This document shows positions 35,001 to 46,800 of a DNA stretch of 64,000 bases, in pieces. This DNA comes from Azolla caroliniana. Taxonomy: Eukaryota > Plantae > Polypodiophyta. The translations under genes were made by a program, and so were the position numbers. Each line of letters starts with the position of its first letter. Within the stretch, counting starts at the first letter, position 1. The stretch covers positions 10,664,001 to 10,728,000 of the forward strand of contig JBHGNT010000004.1 in assembly GCA_043228905.1 (NCBI GenBank), in the 5' to 3' direction. The notes under the pieces were generated by a model. It did no database searches. It was not told where the DNA came from and saw nothing but the letters and a program-made list of their open reading frames with translations.

Positions 35001-37562
35001 AACTATGGATCGGCAGTAAGCCGAATTACGACAAGCTGAGGATCTTCGGATGCGAGGCGTACGCCCTCATTCCGAAAGATGATCGCCGAAAACTTGCACC
35101 TCGGTCCAGGAAATGCATTTTCCTTGGATATGGATCCGACGGCGAAATGGGATACCGACTCTGGGACCCCGAACGCAGACAAATCGTTCGAAGTTCGGAC
35201 GTTGTGTTCAACGAGTCGGCTATGAATCCATCAGTCGAAAAACCGATCGAAGTCCGAAGGGTAACGTTTTCCGATGTGCCGACCCTTCAAGAAGGCCCCG
35301 CTCTCAACACACGGTCAGCTTCACGGGTAGCTGAACCTTACACTACCGACTCGGACAACTCCGACTCGGCACAGCAGAACAATCCGCTTTCGGACCATCC
35401 GACCTCGATACCCGATGCGACCAGTCCAATCATACCTCGACGATCCGAGAGACTGTCGCAACCTCCGGAGAGGTACTCTCCTGGAATTTTCTTCACCGAC
35501 GTCGGAGAACCGACGTCTTACGAAGAAGCATCGACATCTGTCGATTCAGCCACCTGGCATCTGGCGATGGAGTCGGAAATGCACTCCATTCGGGCAAACA
35601 AGACTTGGGATCTGGTCGAATTACCTAGGAACCGACGTGCTCTTCCTTGCAAGTGGGTTTATCGACTAAAAGAGACGTCTGATTCGACCACCCCAAAGTA
35701 CAAGGCCAGATTAGTTGCGAAGGGCTTCCGACAAGAATATGGCGTCGACTTCGACGAGATTTTTTCACCAGTGGTGAAAATGACAACCCTTCGTTTTCTG
35801 CTCGGCGTAGTGGCAGCCGACAACTTGGAGCTGATTCAGCTAGATGTCAAAACAGCCTTCCTCCATGGTGATCTCGAGGAGGAAATTTATATGGAGCAGC
35901 CAAAAGGCTTCGTGGCAACTGGCCAAGAACATCTAGTCTGCCGACTCAGGAAGAGTCTATACGGCCTCAAACAGGCACCACGACAATGGTACAAGAAGTT
36001 CGACGACTTCATCCAATCGATCGGCTTCTCAAAAAGCGATGAGGACCATTGTCTCTTCACCAACACAGCTCAAGATGGATCACCCATCTTCCTCATCATT
36101 TACGTGGACGACATGCTAATTTCTGGACGCCACGCGGGCGAACTTGCCGATCTCATTCGGCAACTGCGGTTGAAGTTTGCCATGAAGGACCTCGGTCCGG
36201 CACGACACATACTCGGCATGAAGCTTAGTCGGCATCGCGATAAACGACATCTTTTCTTATCTCAGACCGACTATATCCGACGTGTCTTGGAACGCTTCAA
36301 CATGCAATCAGCCAAATCTGCTTCAACCCCGCTCCCAATGAATCTTCGGCTCTCTCAGCGAGACTGCCCGACATCCGGCCCGGAGGGGGAAGATATGAAG
36401 TCGGTACCGTATGCACCGGCAGTCGGCTCCCTTATGTACCTGATGGTCGCGACACGGCCTGATATTTCTCACGCCGTAGGAGTCGTTAGCAGATTTATGC
36501 ACAATCCTGGCCGATCGCATTGGAACGCAGTCAAGCATGTGTTCAGATATCTGGCTGGCACAAAAGACCACGGCATTCTTTTCGGTCCGAACCGAACCTC
36601 AGGCGTAGTCGGTTACACCGACTCGGATTTCGCCGGCTGTATAGACAGTCGGAAATCAACAACCGGATACTGCTTCAAATTCGGCAATGGAGCAATCTCG
36701 TGGAAGTCGAAACTTCAGGAGTGCACAGCGACCTCAACGACCGAAGCAGAATATGTAGCTGCGTCCGACGCAGCAAAAGAAGCTTTGTGGCTCGGTCGGC
36801 TGGCGCACACGTTTCGACAAGTCGACCATGACTCAGCTCCAGTTGTCTACAGCGACAGTCAAGGTGCTGTTGCCCTGTCGAAAAATCCGGTTCACCACAA
36901 CGCCTCCAAACATATCGACGTTCGATATCACTTCGTTCGGGACTGCGTCATTTCAGGGAAAATCGGTCTAGAGAAAATATCCACAACCGACAATGTCGCA
37001 GATGGAATGACCAAGTGTCTTTCGGCAGACCGTTTTCGGTCTCTTCGGTATCAGATGGGCGTAACGACAAACCAGTCCGGTTAGAGCCGGACACAGAGCA
37101 GGATGGTTCCCGACAACCGACATCAGTTCCTTAATGATCGGCTTCAACTGTTCCGACCCGACCAGTTCGGTCTTCTGCCTTCGGACCCTGCCGACTCGAA
37201 CAAAGCTGATATGTCCGAGAACCTAAGTCTATACCTGTAATCTTAGATAACCCATGTATACGCCCATTACGGGGGAGTGTCGAATACATGTGTATAATGG
37301 ACGTATTCACACTATCCCGTCTTGGCCATTTATGTAATTAGCATAAAGGGTAGTTGCCCTAAGTCGGTCACTATATATAGTGACCTTGTAACCTTTTTGT
37401 AAGGTTGGGTGTTGTATTATTTTCTTGAGGAATAGAAAGTCTTTTGTGTCTCTCTCTCTCTCTCTCTCTCTCTGTGCAACGACCTACATTCTGTCATACG
37501 CAGGTACAGGAATCAATCGAATGCTCCTTGATCTTCCGCACAGACGACCTTTGTCTTCAACA
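32092..37562 (+). mobile_element. Element J: intact, very young Ty1/copia
   Basis: 285-bp LTRs 32092-32376 and 37278-37562 with one substitution seen; TSD TGCTA; PBS 32379-32390; PPT GGGGGAG 37271-37277. Confidence 0.97.
33071..37084 (+). CDS. J gag-pol polyprotein (about 1337 aa, uninterrupted)
   Basis: CNYCKKPGHIKADC, LDSGASFH, HSDVCGP, YVDD, RNase H YTDSD. Confidence 0.96.
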   Translation: MASTSGSSGMSLRKFDGSNFNFWKEQMQDYLIVKGQIDPIENAEPPEGYKPIEWQKLDRIVRATIRMHLSESVYFTVQSCTTAFELWKTLSDTYEKKVAATKMFLIRRLYNLRMKESDSVQAHLNEYESISSQISSQGTAIEDELRAMILMSSLPSSWETFVTTVCNASTTAVKYSEVTSAILTEAARRKSFAKDSTDDAYVVQGSTDRSNIRGRDSSRPPNNQRRRSQSRDNRICNYCKKPGHIKADCRALKNKNNKKSGRHEEINYVSFSADVLPDDPNILSIENPVGSEVLLTTEESSTWLLDSGASFHVTPHRSQFRQYTIRHSDSVRVGNSQHCDIIGIGTVELNLAGGSTLVLHNVRHVPELSRPLISVGQLDEDGIRAGFSSGGWTLHRGNLLLARGPKIHSLYPLHVTLREGNLFLVDIPVSSLWHRRLGHLSKAGITHLSRAGYIPKLSFSDHQFCEHCQYGKQAAASHPTSAPRETRPLDLVHSDVCGPMPHQSLGGASYFVTFIDDSTRKVWAYPIRTKDRVFSIFSDWLAMVENQTDRKLKCFRTDNGGEFKSEEFVKFCRQRGIRREFTAPHSPEQNGIAERMNRTIQERIVSMLQHSGLSDGFWAEALLTAVHIINMSPSRPLGLQIPQELWIGSKPNYDKLRIFGCEAYALIPKDDRRKLAPRSRKCIFLGYGSDGEMGYRLWDPERRQIVRSSDVVFNESAMNPSVEKPIEVRRVTFSDVPTLQEGPALNTRSASRVAEPYTTDSDNSDSAQQNNPLSDHPTSIPDATSPIIPRRSERLSQPPERYSPGIFFTDVGEPTSYEEASTSVDSATWHLAMESEMHSIRANKTWDLVELPRNRRALPCKWVYRLKETSDSTTPKYKARLVAKGFRQEYGVDFDEIFSPVVKMTTLRFLLGVVAADNLELIQLDVKTAFLHGDLEEEIYMEQPKGFVATGQEHLVCRLRKSLYGLKQAPRQWYKKFDDFIQSIGFSKSDEDHCLFTNTAQDGSPIFLIIYVDDMLISGRHAGELADLIRQLRLKFAMKDLGPARHILGMKLSRHRDKRHLFLSQTDYIRRVLERFNMQSAKSASTPLPMNLRLSQRDCPTSGPEGEDMKSVPYAPAVGSLMYLMVATRPDISHAVGVVSRFMHNPGRSHWNAVKHVFRYLAGTKDHGILFGPNRTSGVVGYTDSDFAGCIDSRKSTTGYCFKFGNGAISWKSKLQECTATSTTEAEYVAASDAAKEALWLGRLAHTFRQVDHDSAPVVYSDSQGAVALSKNPVHHNASKHIDVRYHFVRDCVISGKIGLEKISTTDNVADGMTKCLSADRFRSLRYQMGVTTNQSG

Positions 37563-40500
37563 TGCTATGCCCAACAACCGACCGTGGCAAAGCACCTACC
37601 GTGAACAGTATCATGGCCGATGTTCAAACCGTCACTACACGGAGTAAAGCGCAGACTACACAGTGGCAAATCCAAGACGAAGTCCGTCAGGCAGCAAAAG
37701 AATGGATCGACACGGCCAATAAAAAGAATATCGTGCGCATGCAAACTAACATGAGAGACGTGCCCAGCGAAGCACCACAAACCCGGTACCATCCACGTCG
37801 ACGGAGGATGACCAACTATGGGATGTTCTTACCATCTCGCTGCCCCTACATAAACTGTTACCACTCATGCCGAGATTTCGGGACACCTTGGCGGCACTCT
37901 AGGCCAATACTAAGCCCGTGACGCTACCGGTACACCTCACCGAAGCAAGAACTGGTCGACCACTCATGGATTCTCAGAACCCAGCCATGCGAATCATCAT
38001 TAAGGGACAAGACCTGCACGGATGCATCATCGACGACGGATCTGGCGTAAACGTTATTAGCGAGTCAACGTGTCACAACCTCGGCCTAAATCAATGGGAA
38101 CCATGCCCCTTTTGGCTTCGGATGGCCGACACCCGCTCCGTTTGCCCCATTGGTTTAATCCGCCATCTCGACTTCACACTCGGAGGCCACATGTTCACGA
38201 TCTCGGTCGTCGTGCTAAGACTGGAGACACAAGGCGCCTACCCAATATTACTAGGTCGACCATGGTTGCGTACAGCGAATATCAAGCAACATTGGCAACG
38301 CAACATGATCTCGTTCCGAAGAGGCAAGACAAAAGTCTGAATCATCACTGAAGAACGAGTCCCCATCGCCCTCAACACTTCGCCGTTATACACGAAAGGG
38401 GTCCATATGCTTGACGGTTTGGCCGATGAGGAGGTCGATGACTTCCTAGATGATCACCCCACGATCATCCCTCTCTTCGAAATCAATGCCTTACCAACCA
38501 TCGAGCCACCTAAAGACGAGGAAGTCACGGAGGAATCACCACCCCAAGATGAACCAGATCCAACCATAGTTGCCGAGCTACGCCATGCTCGGGAGGCTTT
38601 CGAACGTGAACTCACCATTTCACAATGAGTCAAAGCATCAACCCTGGAAACAATAAACCTCGGCTCGGACGAGAATCCCCGTACGTTACAAATTGCCAAT
38701 AATCTACCAACCGGAGAATGGGCATCCCTCGTACGATTGCTCACCGACTACCAGGATGTTTTCGCTTGGTCTTACACCGATATGAAGGGGCTGGATCCTC
38801 AATACTACCAACATCAAATCCACCTCTTACCCGACACTCGGCCGGTTCAGCAGAGGCGCTACAGGATGAACCCCAACTACGCCGCTAAAGTCAAAGAGGA
38901 AATCGACAAACTACTCCGAGTGGGCTTCATTCGCCCTGTTAAACGGGCCACGTGGTTGAGCCCGATCGTAGTAGTCCCAAAGAAGAACGGAAAAATCCGC
39001 GTCTGCGTCGACTATCGGAAGCTTAACGCGGCAACAGTCACTGACGGTTTCCCTCTCCCCTTCACGGACAGTGTCCTCGACACGGTAGCCGGCCACGAAT
39101 GCTACAGTTTCCTCAACGGGTTCAGCGGCTATAACCAGATAAGAATTCACCCGGAGGATCAGGAGAAAACCGCTTTCGTCACGGAATGGGGTGTTTTTGT
39201 AGCAAAACTAATGATGTTCAGTCTAAAAACGGCGCCGGCTACGTTCCAGCGCATCATCACCGAAATCTTTCATGACTACATCCCAACATTCATGCAAGTC
39301 TTTCTCGATGATTTCGCCGTGTATGGCCATCGACGGGAACACATGACCTAGTTACAACTCTGCCTGGACCGATGTCGCCAAGCTCGATTGAGCTTACACC
39401 CGGCGAAATGCGCGTTCTTAGTCACCAGCGGCAACCTTCTCGGCCACATTGTCAGTCAAGAAGGCATCACTATGGACCCGGATAAAGTAAAGGCCATCCT
39501 GACCGCCTCCGCACCCTCGAACGCTAAGGCACTAAGCCGATTTTTGGGACAGATCCGGTGGCACAGCCGAATGATACGACACCTTTACACGCAGCAGTCC
39601 ATCGCCTTCCCTTCCAATGGACGTCAATCGAGGACACAGCCTATCAAACCCTGAAACTAATGCTGTCACATGCCCCGGTGGTCCAGTCTCCGGTTTGGTC
39701 CGAACCGTTTCATGTCTTCGTAGATGCTTCGGACATCGCCATTGGAAGTGCCCTGATGCAATGCACACCCCCGAATTGGTATAGGCCCGTGTACTATGCC
39801 AGCCGACGGCTCTCGACCACGGAAAAGAATTACTCCAACACCGAGTAGGAGGCCCTCGGTATGATTTATATCATCAATAAATTCCGGCATTACCTCTTGG
39901 GCCGGAAATTTACCTTTCACGTGGATCACTCGACCCTTCTTTATTTGGTCAATAAACAAGCCCTCACCGGACGGTTGGCTCAGTGGATGCTCCTACTCCA
40001 AGAATTTGATTTCTAGATTCAGCATCGACCCGGGGTCCAACATGTCGTCGCCGACTACTTGAGCCGTCTTGAGTCAGGGGAACCGGCGGAAACAACGTAC
40101 GACGATTTACCGGATGCCAACTTATTTAACCTGACCACAATGCCAAACGATAACGAAGATGAATGGATCACGGAGATGACCCATTTTCTCAGTACCGGCC
40201 TACCTCCCGAGCACATGCCTCTTGACGCGAGGAAACGCCTAGCAGTACGCAGCCAGAATTTTTGCCTTGTCTCGGACATTCTCTACCACAAAGGCTCGGA
40301 CGGCATATGGCGCCGAGTGATTCGGCAATTCGAGAAGAACGCCGTTCTTCAGGAGGCCCACCAGGGAGTAGCTGGGGGGCACTACGCCCAGGATTCCACG
40401 GCAAGGAAAGTTTGGCAAAGCGGATTGTGGTGGCCGACAACGAAGAAAGACGCTCACGAGTTTTGTCGGCAGTGCGATTTGTGCCAACGACTGGGGCAAC

Positions 40501-42019
40501 CAATGGAACAGTCACGCATGCCACACCAGCCGATTCTTCCGTTGGACCCCTTTCAAAAATGGGGTTTGGATTTTGTAGGCCCTTTCAAACCACCCACAAC
40601 CCGTACAGGGAATAGGTATATTATCGTTGCCACGGATTACTACACCAAATGGGTCGAGGCTAAGGCACTCCGAGACAACACGGCAGCATCCACGGCTAAA
40701 TTTGTGTATGAGCACCTCTGGTGCCGTTACGGATGCCCAATCGAGCTCGTTAGTGACCAAGGTGGGCACCTCATCAATCATACAATACGTGAGCTTACAC
40801 ACCACTACGCGGTGGTGCACAAGAAAAGCACACCATACTACCCGCAGGTGAACGGCTTGGCGGAATCGACCAATAAAATCCTCCAAACCATGCTGAAGAA
40901 GATCGTCAATGAAAACAGGACCGATTGGGATGACAAACTCCAGAGCGCGCTGTGGGCGTATCATACGAATTTCAAAACAAGCATCCAATCAACCCCCTTT
41001 CGAATGGCGTTCGGGTTAGAAGCCGTAATGCCCGTCGAGTTCCAAGTCCCGAGCCTCCGAGTTCAAATCAAAGCACGGCTCCCCGAGGCCCAGTCCGAGC
41101 AATACCGGCTGGAACAACTCCTCGAACTCGGCAAAGACAGGATAGAGAGTATGGCCCAACTCGAACAACGCCAATGACAACGCAAGGCTTTCGTGGATCG
41201 ACATCGAAACGGGCTGGAGAAGGAGCTCACCATCGGCAAACCAGTCCTTCTTTTTCAAACACGACTCGAGTCTATGCCGGGAAAATTAAGATTTCGGTGG
41301 ACCGGTCCATTCTAGATTATCGACGAGTTCAACGGGACGTTCCAGCTCGGCACACTCGCCGGCGACACTGTCAAAAGCTGGGCCAATGGTTTCCGACTTC
41401 GACCATATCGCGGCACTATACCACCCAACCCGTTTACCGAGCCACACGGCACAAACGAGCTTCGGGAGACCACCACGGAGGAGGCCACGTGTCCTCCTTA
41501 ATAAAGACTCACCCACCGTCTTGAAATTAATAAAGTAGGTAGGATTAACCATAGTTTAGCCACCAATTAGTTACACCTACACCACCCACCTAGGCACCCA
41601 CAATTTTAGGAGCACCCCTCACCACCTCTCATTTAGTACCTATTTAAGCACATGCAAAGCACTAGAAGCATCCCACTCACCTTCAAGACACGTGGTGCTA
41701 GTCAGTTATTATGGCACCCACGACTCAAAATCTTCAGGATTCGCTTCGGGCACAAAACCCTAGGAGTAAGTTACTAAAACCGTTTCCAAAACGCAGCACA
41801 GACACAGAAGCTCATTATCACTCCCAATCTCCATCGCTCTCAAGCTCAGAAGCCCCTTCTCGCTCTCATCGCTCTAAACGCTCTTGCTCTCAAGCCCTCT
41901 TTTGCTCTCATAGCCCCTCTGTCGAACTTCCCCTTCCTGTTGTTCCTCCTCTGTCTCGCCCTCGCCTCATCACTCTTCTACACTCTTCCACACAGTCAAA
42001 CCCCGTCTCCATCTCCACC

Positions 42020-43644
42020 ATGCCTCTTACCGCTTCAACAGAAACCCGCGCCTGGCTCCAGGAAGGAGGAATGGGCGGTTACCTGAAGATCATCGATGCC
42101 CCCGCGCACCCAGATGCCCAAGGAGTGGCTAAACGTATTTGTCCCGAAGCCATCACCAACAACGTGCTTCGGGGTGTTTTAGACCTGCAATGGGGAGGGG
42201 ACCATGAGGTCGACATACCCCCGGCATCGAAGCTGAAAGAGTACTTCGGTGAGTACTCAGCCTCCGGGAAGGCATATCGCACGTATGGCGGTCCCAACAG
42301 CGTTCGTGCATACGAACCCGACGAGCATGCCGCGGAACAAGGCAGCCATCATCATCAGCGCGTATGAAGGAAACAGAGTCGATTGGGGAATCATCACAGG
42401 CGAAGGACTCCGTGCCGCCTTAGCCTCATTCCAGTCCAGAGGACAGAACCCCCGCTCCGGGATTACCGAGCGGAGCTTAAAGAAGAACAACGGCGGACTG
42501 AGAGACACGAACAACGGCATCAGGAGGCCATGGCTCGCTTAAAAGAAGAAGCTTCCAAACATATGGCCGAGATTAGAGCCCAAGCCGACCAAAGGATACA
42601 CGAGCAGAATGAAGCACTGGGTTGGGTACAAGCGCAAGCCGCGGACAAAGAAGCAGAACTCAAAAGCAAGCTGGAGGAATACGCAGCCACAGTGGCAGAG
42701 AAAGAGAAGGAGTTCCTAGACCTACAGGCCGCGCTCGACAATGCGAAAGACTGGAACCACCGTCAGGAGGAAAGAAATCGCCAACGAGAGGAGAGAATGA
42801 TCGCGGAGAATGTCGAGCTGCAGAGTCAGCGTACGACCCTTAAAGAAATGGCTAACGCGTTTTTCATCAAATGCAAGCTTTTTCGGAGCAAAAAGACGAA
42901 TTATTTGATTCCTACTTCGCCCTACAAGAAGAGAGAATCGTCGAACGGGAACAAGTCCGGGCCGCGTGTCAAAAAGAATGGGAGAAAGCTACCGAAGAAC
43001 TCACCAAGCATTATGAGCAATCTATCCAGCTCGTAACCGCGGATGCAAAGAACACTCAAGCCACCTATGAACTACTAGCAAAGAAGCTTCAGGCCGAGGT
43101 CAACGACTTAAAATAGGAATTGGCAGCCATCCGAGCACAGCCCGGCATGGATGAGACACGCATCAGAATACTGATCGAGAAACAGCGCCAGCACCTCACC
43201 AAAAAGGTCGAGGAAACATTAAGTCACGCAAGAGACGAATGGGTAGCCCAAGCTGCCGAATTGCATATTTTACGCGCCGACGCCGAGAACTGACGGAAGG
43301 AGGGCCGCGGCTTTTACAAAATGGACGAAGCCAGCATACAAAACCTACGTGCAGATTTAACCGAGGATTACCAGTCCTTGGCAAAATCTCACACCGCGGC
43401 AATCGAGCAAATACTGGAGGACTTCAATGACGGTCAGATGTTGTTTCGCCTGGAAGCAGAAGCCTTCGAACGAGAACGACTCGCAGCCATCCCAACCAGC
43501 CCTCCAACGGCCACAGAGCAGAAGGAAGAACCTTCCAGCGAGGGGATCACGGACACGGCACAGGAGGAACTCGCCCTAGCCAACAGACCTCCCGAGGACG
43601 CCCACACGGTAGGTCAGCGCCCTCGAACCGACACCACCACCTGA
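42020..43644 (+). pseudogene. D extra 3' ORF (unknown domain plus coiled coil), frameshifted
   Basis: AHPDA, KEYFGEYSASGKAYRT, EGNRVDWGIITGEGLR, coiled coil, EN*RKEGRGF, QILEDF. Confidence 0.78.
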
Positions 43645-43868
43645 AGAATCGGTCGCACCTGAGGCGGACGCCCGAGAGGATATGACACCCCCGGACCAAA
43701 CTCAACCCCCCGCACCGACAATCCAACCACGCCACCCTGCCACCACCCCGGACCCCGAAAACATCCTCGACATCTTAAAAGAGGAATGAAACGAGGATCA
43801 CGCCTAAAAGGCAATTTTTGTAATATTGTTAGTATTTTGTAAGTCGTGGGTCCGACGGACAAGGTCTT

Positions 43869-43885
43869 GTCCCACGGGCGTGCCA
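43869..43885 (-). promoter_or_regulatory. Inverted tRNA-Arg(UCU) PBS at the PPT position of D
   Basis: Plus strand GTCCCACGGGCGTGCCA, then AG, then LTR TGTTGTCC at 43888. Confidence 0.85.
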
Positions 43886-46800
43886 AGTGTTGTCCAGAGG
43901 ACAAAAATGTAAAATTAGGAAATTAGCAAACGGCGGTAGTGTAACCGAGTAGGAATGAACGCCAGCGAGCGTCGAGTCCGAGTATCACGGGCCATCGACA
44001 GCTCGGCTGTGTATTAGGGGAAACGTTATTTAAACGAGGTCTAGTACCTCAGAGGTGAAGGGGAGAGAATATAGGCGGAAGCACTAGCTTAGTCCATCCT
44101 AACTAGATAATCCTATAAGGTCACCGGCCGTAGGCCGTGTTCTGTAATCCTTTTTCTGTCGCAGCAATATATCTAATTTGTGCCCATTTTGCTCCATGTG
44201 TCTGTGCTTTGGTTCATGTGTCTGTGCTATGATTTCAGCGCCGCCCACGCCTATCAAGATCTCGCTAGTGTTTTATCTCTGATCATTTTCTCCCTCACGA
44301 CGCCTCTGTTACAAGCCTTCACGTACCACGCCCTTGAATACCGATAGTCGCGGATCTATCGAAGGTGTTCACCCAAAGGAACGGGTAACAGGAGCTTCGT
44401 GACTCACTCGGCTCAATAAGCATCAATGTGGATGATGATGAGATGGTGCAAATATGCCTCGGCGGCCTTGCACCACAGTTCGGCGCGATGAGAACCGCCG
44501 TCCTAGTAAGGGAAAATCCTCCCTCTTTCTTTGATCTTCAATCCATGTTGTTGGTCAAAGAAAATCATGTTCGAACAAGGAGCAACACCTCGGAAGGCCA
44601 CATGCTCTACACACATTCGGATGGAGGAAGAGGGCACTGCCGTGCAAGAAGAGGCCGATTCGGCCAAGGACGAGGTTCGACTTACGAAAACTACTCACAA
44701 ATTATGCCACTAACTCAGATTATGAAGACCTTGGCGGAATGTTCGTGATGAGACATAGAGCAAATTCTATGTTGGCCTCTACTTCGACTAATGCCTCCAA
44801 TCCGGAAGATGTATGGTTCGTCAACTCTGGTGCTTTGAACCATATGACGTCCCATCAAGAATGGTTCAAAGACCTTCGAGAGCCAGATCGACCCGGTTAA
44901 GTTGAGACCGGAGATGACACCACTCATCCGATTTGGCATGTCGGCAATGTCCCGTTCAGGAAAGAAGGTGAACAAACTTGCATAAAAAATGTCTTACATG
45001 TACCCACCATAACAAAGAATTTGGTCTCGGTCGGCCAAATTGTGGAGCAAGGGATGCAAGTTCGATTCAACCAAGGAGGTTGCTTCATCGAGAAGGAAGG
45101 CCGACTAATTGCTCGTGGTCGAAGGGAAGGCCAAATGTTTATCCTTGAATCGAACGAGGTAAAATTGGCCATGTTTGCAAAGGGCCTCAAACCCGACACC
45201 GACATAGAGCTATGGCATAAAAGAATCGGCCATATCAATCTCAACAAACTCAAGGCAATGCAATTGAAAGGAGTCGTCATCGAGCTCCCGACCTTCAAAG
45301 AGAAAGAGATTGAAGGAGTATGTGAAGCATGCCAATTTAGCAAGCAACATCGGCACCCATTCCCGAAGGAGAGGAACGTGAGCAAAGGCCTATTGGATGT
45401 AGTCCACTCGGATGTGTGGAGACCGGCACAGATGGCCACATTCGGAGGATGTCGGTACTATGTTACCTTCATCGACGACTTGTTTAGATACACATGGATC
45501 TTTCCCATGAGAATGAAGAGCGAAGTGTTTACACACTTCCAAAAATTCAAAAGCGAAGTCGAAAAGACAACTAGCCGCCATGTACGATGTCTTTGGTCGA
45601 ATGGAGGAAAGGAATACTTCTCCGATGCGTTCACGGCATACCTTCGACAAGAAGGAATTCGGCAAGAATTCACTTGCTGACACACCACAACAGAACGGTG
45701 TAACCGAATGCAAGAATCGGCAAATCCTCAAAGTAGCAAGGGCCATGCTAAATGAGAAGCATATGCCCAAGTCATATTGGGCAGAAGTTGCAAATACCTC
45801 CATCTACCTCATGAACTGGTGCACAACATCCGGAATTCACAAGGTCACCCCGCACGAGAAATACTATGGGAAGAAGCCGAACCTATCCCATGTAAGGATA
45901 TTCAGCTCCATTCCATACGTGCACATTCTTGATGAGAAGCGGTAGAAGGTTGACCCAAAATCAGAGAAGTGCATCCTGGTGGGGTACTCACTGGAGCAAA
46001 AGGGGTACAAGTGTTTCAACCCCTCTACTCGGAAGACTCATGTAAATCGGGATGTCGTCTTTCACGAATCAACATCATGGTACAAACCCGAGCCGACTCC
46101 TCCCGAACCATCTAAGAACAACCTCGATAACACAGAAGAAGATGATCAACTAAGGTCAATACTCGAAGAGAGTCCGATCTCAACTAGATTGAGCGGACCA
46201 CAAAAGCCTCCGAGCAACCAAAGCTCATCTCGGCCAATCCAAAGATGGACAAAGGGAATGCCAAAATGCCGGAATATGAAGACGATCACTTCGACAGCAA
46301 CGAATCGACTCATTCACTCGATAGTGAGTTCGATGGCTTTGATGTGCCTCTTATGAGGTCACCCGGAGTTGAGAAAGCACTCACATCGGCAAATGAGAAA
46401 CTTTGTTACTCCACCAAAGAGAAGAATCCAGTTAGCCGATTCGGCTACGACTATATGGCATACCACTATGCCTTTATGATGAAGGTGGTAGCAGTTCGAG
46501 AACCGGAGAGCTTTGCCGAAGCCGCTAAAGATCCGCGATGGGTCAAAGCGATGAACGAGGAGATGCAAGATCTCAGCAAGAATGAGACATGGGATCTCGT
46601 CCCTCACTCACCGCACAAGAAGGCAATCGGTTGCAGATGGATATACAAAGTGAAGAATAATGCCAACGGTTCCGTCAACCGCTACAAAGCTCAACTCGTA
46701 GAAAAGGGCTACGCACAAACACAAGGCATCGACTATGAAGAGACCTTTGCCCCGGTGGGAAAGATGACAATCATGCGGACCGTGATAGCGCTTGCAGTAG

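Larger units (their letters stand above)
30898..41450 (+). pseudogene. D gag-pol, interrupted by J (32092-37562)
   Basis: Retrotransposon gag 30898-32091 with CCHC knuckles; protease-like IIDDGSGVNVI; RT 38737-39650; RNase H; integrase 40059-41177. Confidence 0.9.
29812..44390 (+). mobile_element. Element D: Ty3/gypsy of the same clade as C, with extra 3' ORF
   Basis: LTRs 29812-30307 and 43888-44390; perfect TSD GGAGC; Arg PBS TGGCATGCCCGGT 30610-30622; gag-PR-RT-RH-INT order. Confidence 0.94.

Noticed and set aside
42383-43644. env gene or captured host myosin/SMC-like gene
   Set aside because: No evident signal or transmembrane segment; coiled-coil composition alone gives spurious similarity.
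43777-43786. AAAAGAGGAA as the PPT of D
   Set aside because: It lies about 100 nt upstream of the TSD-defined LTR start and has no counterpart in C.
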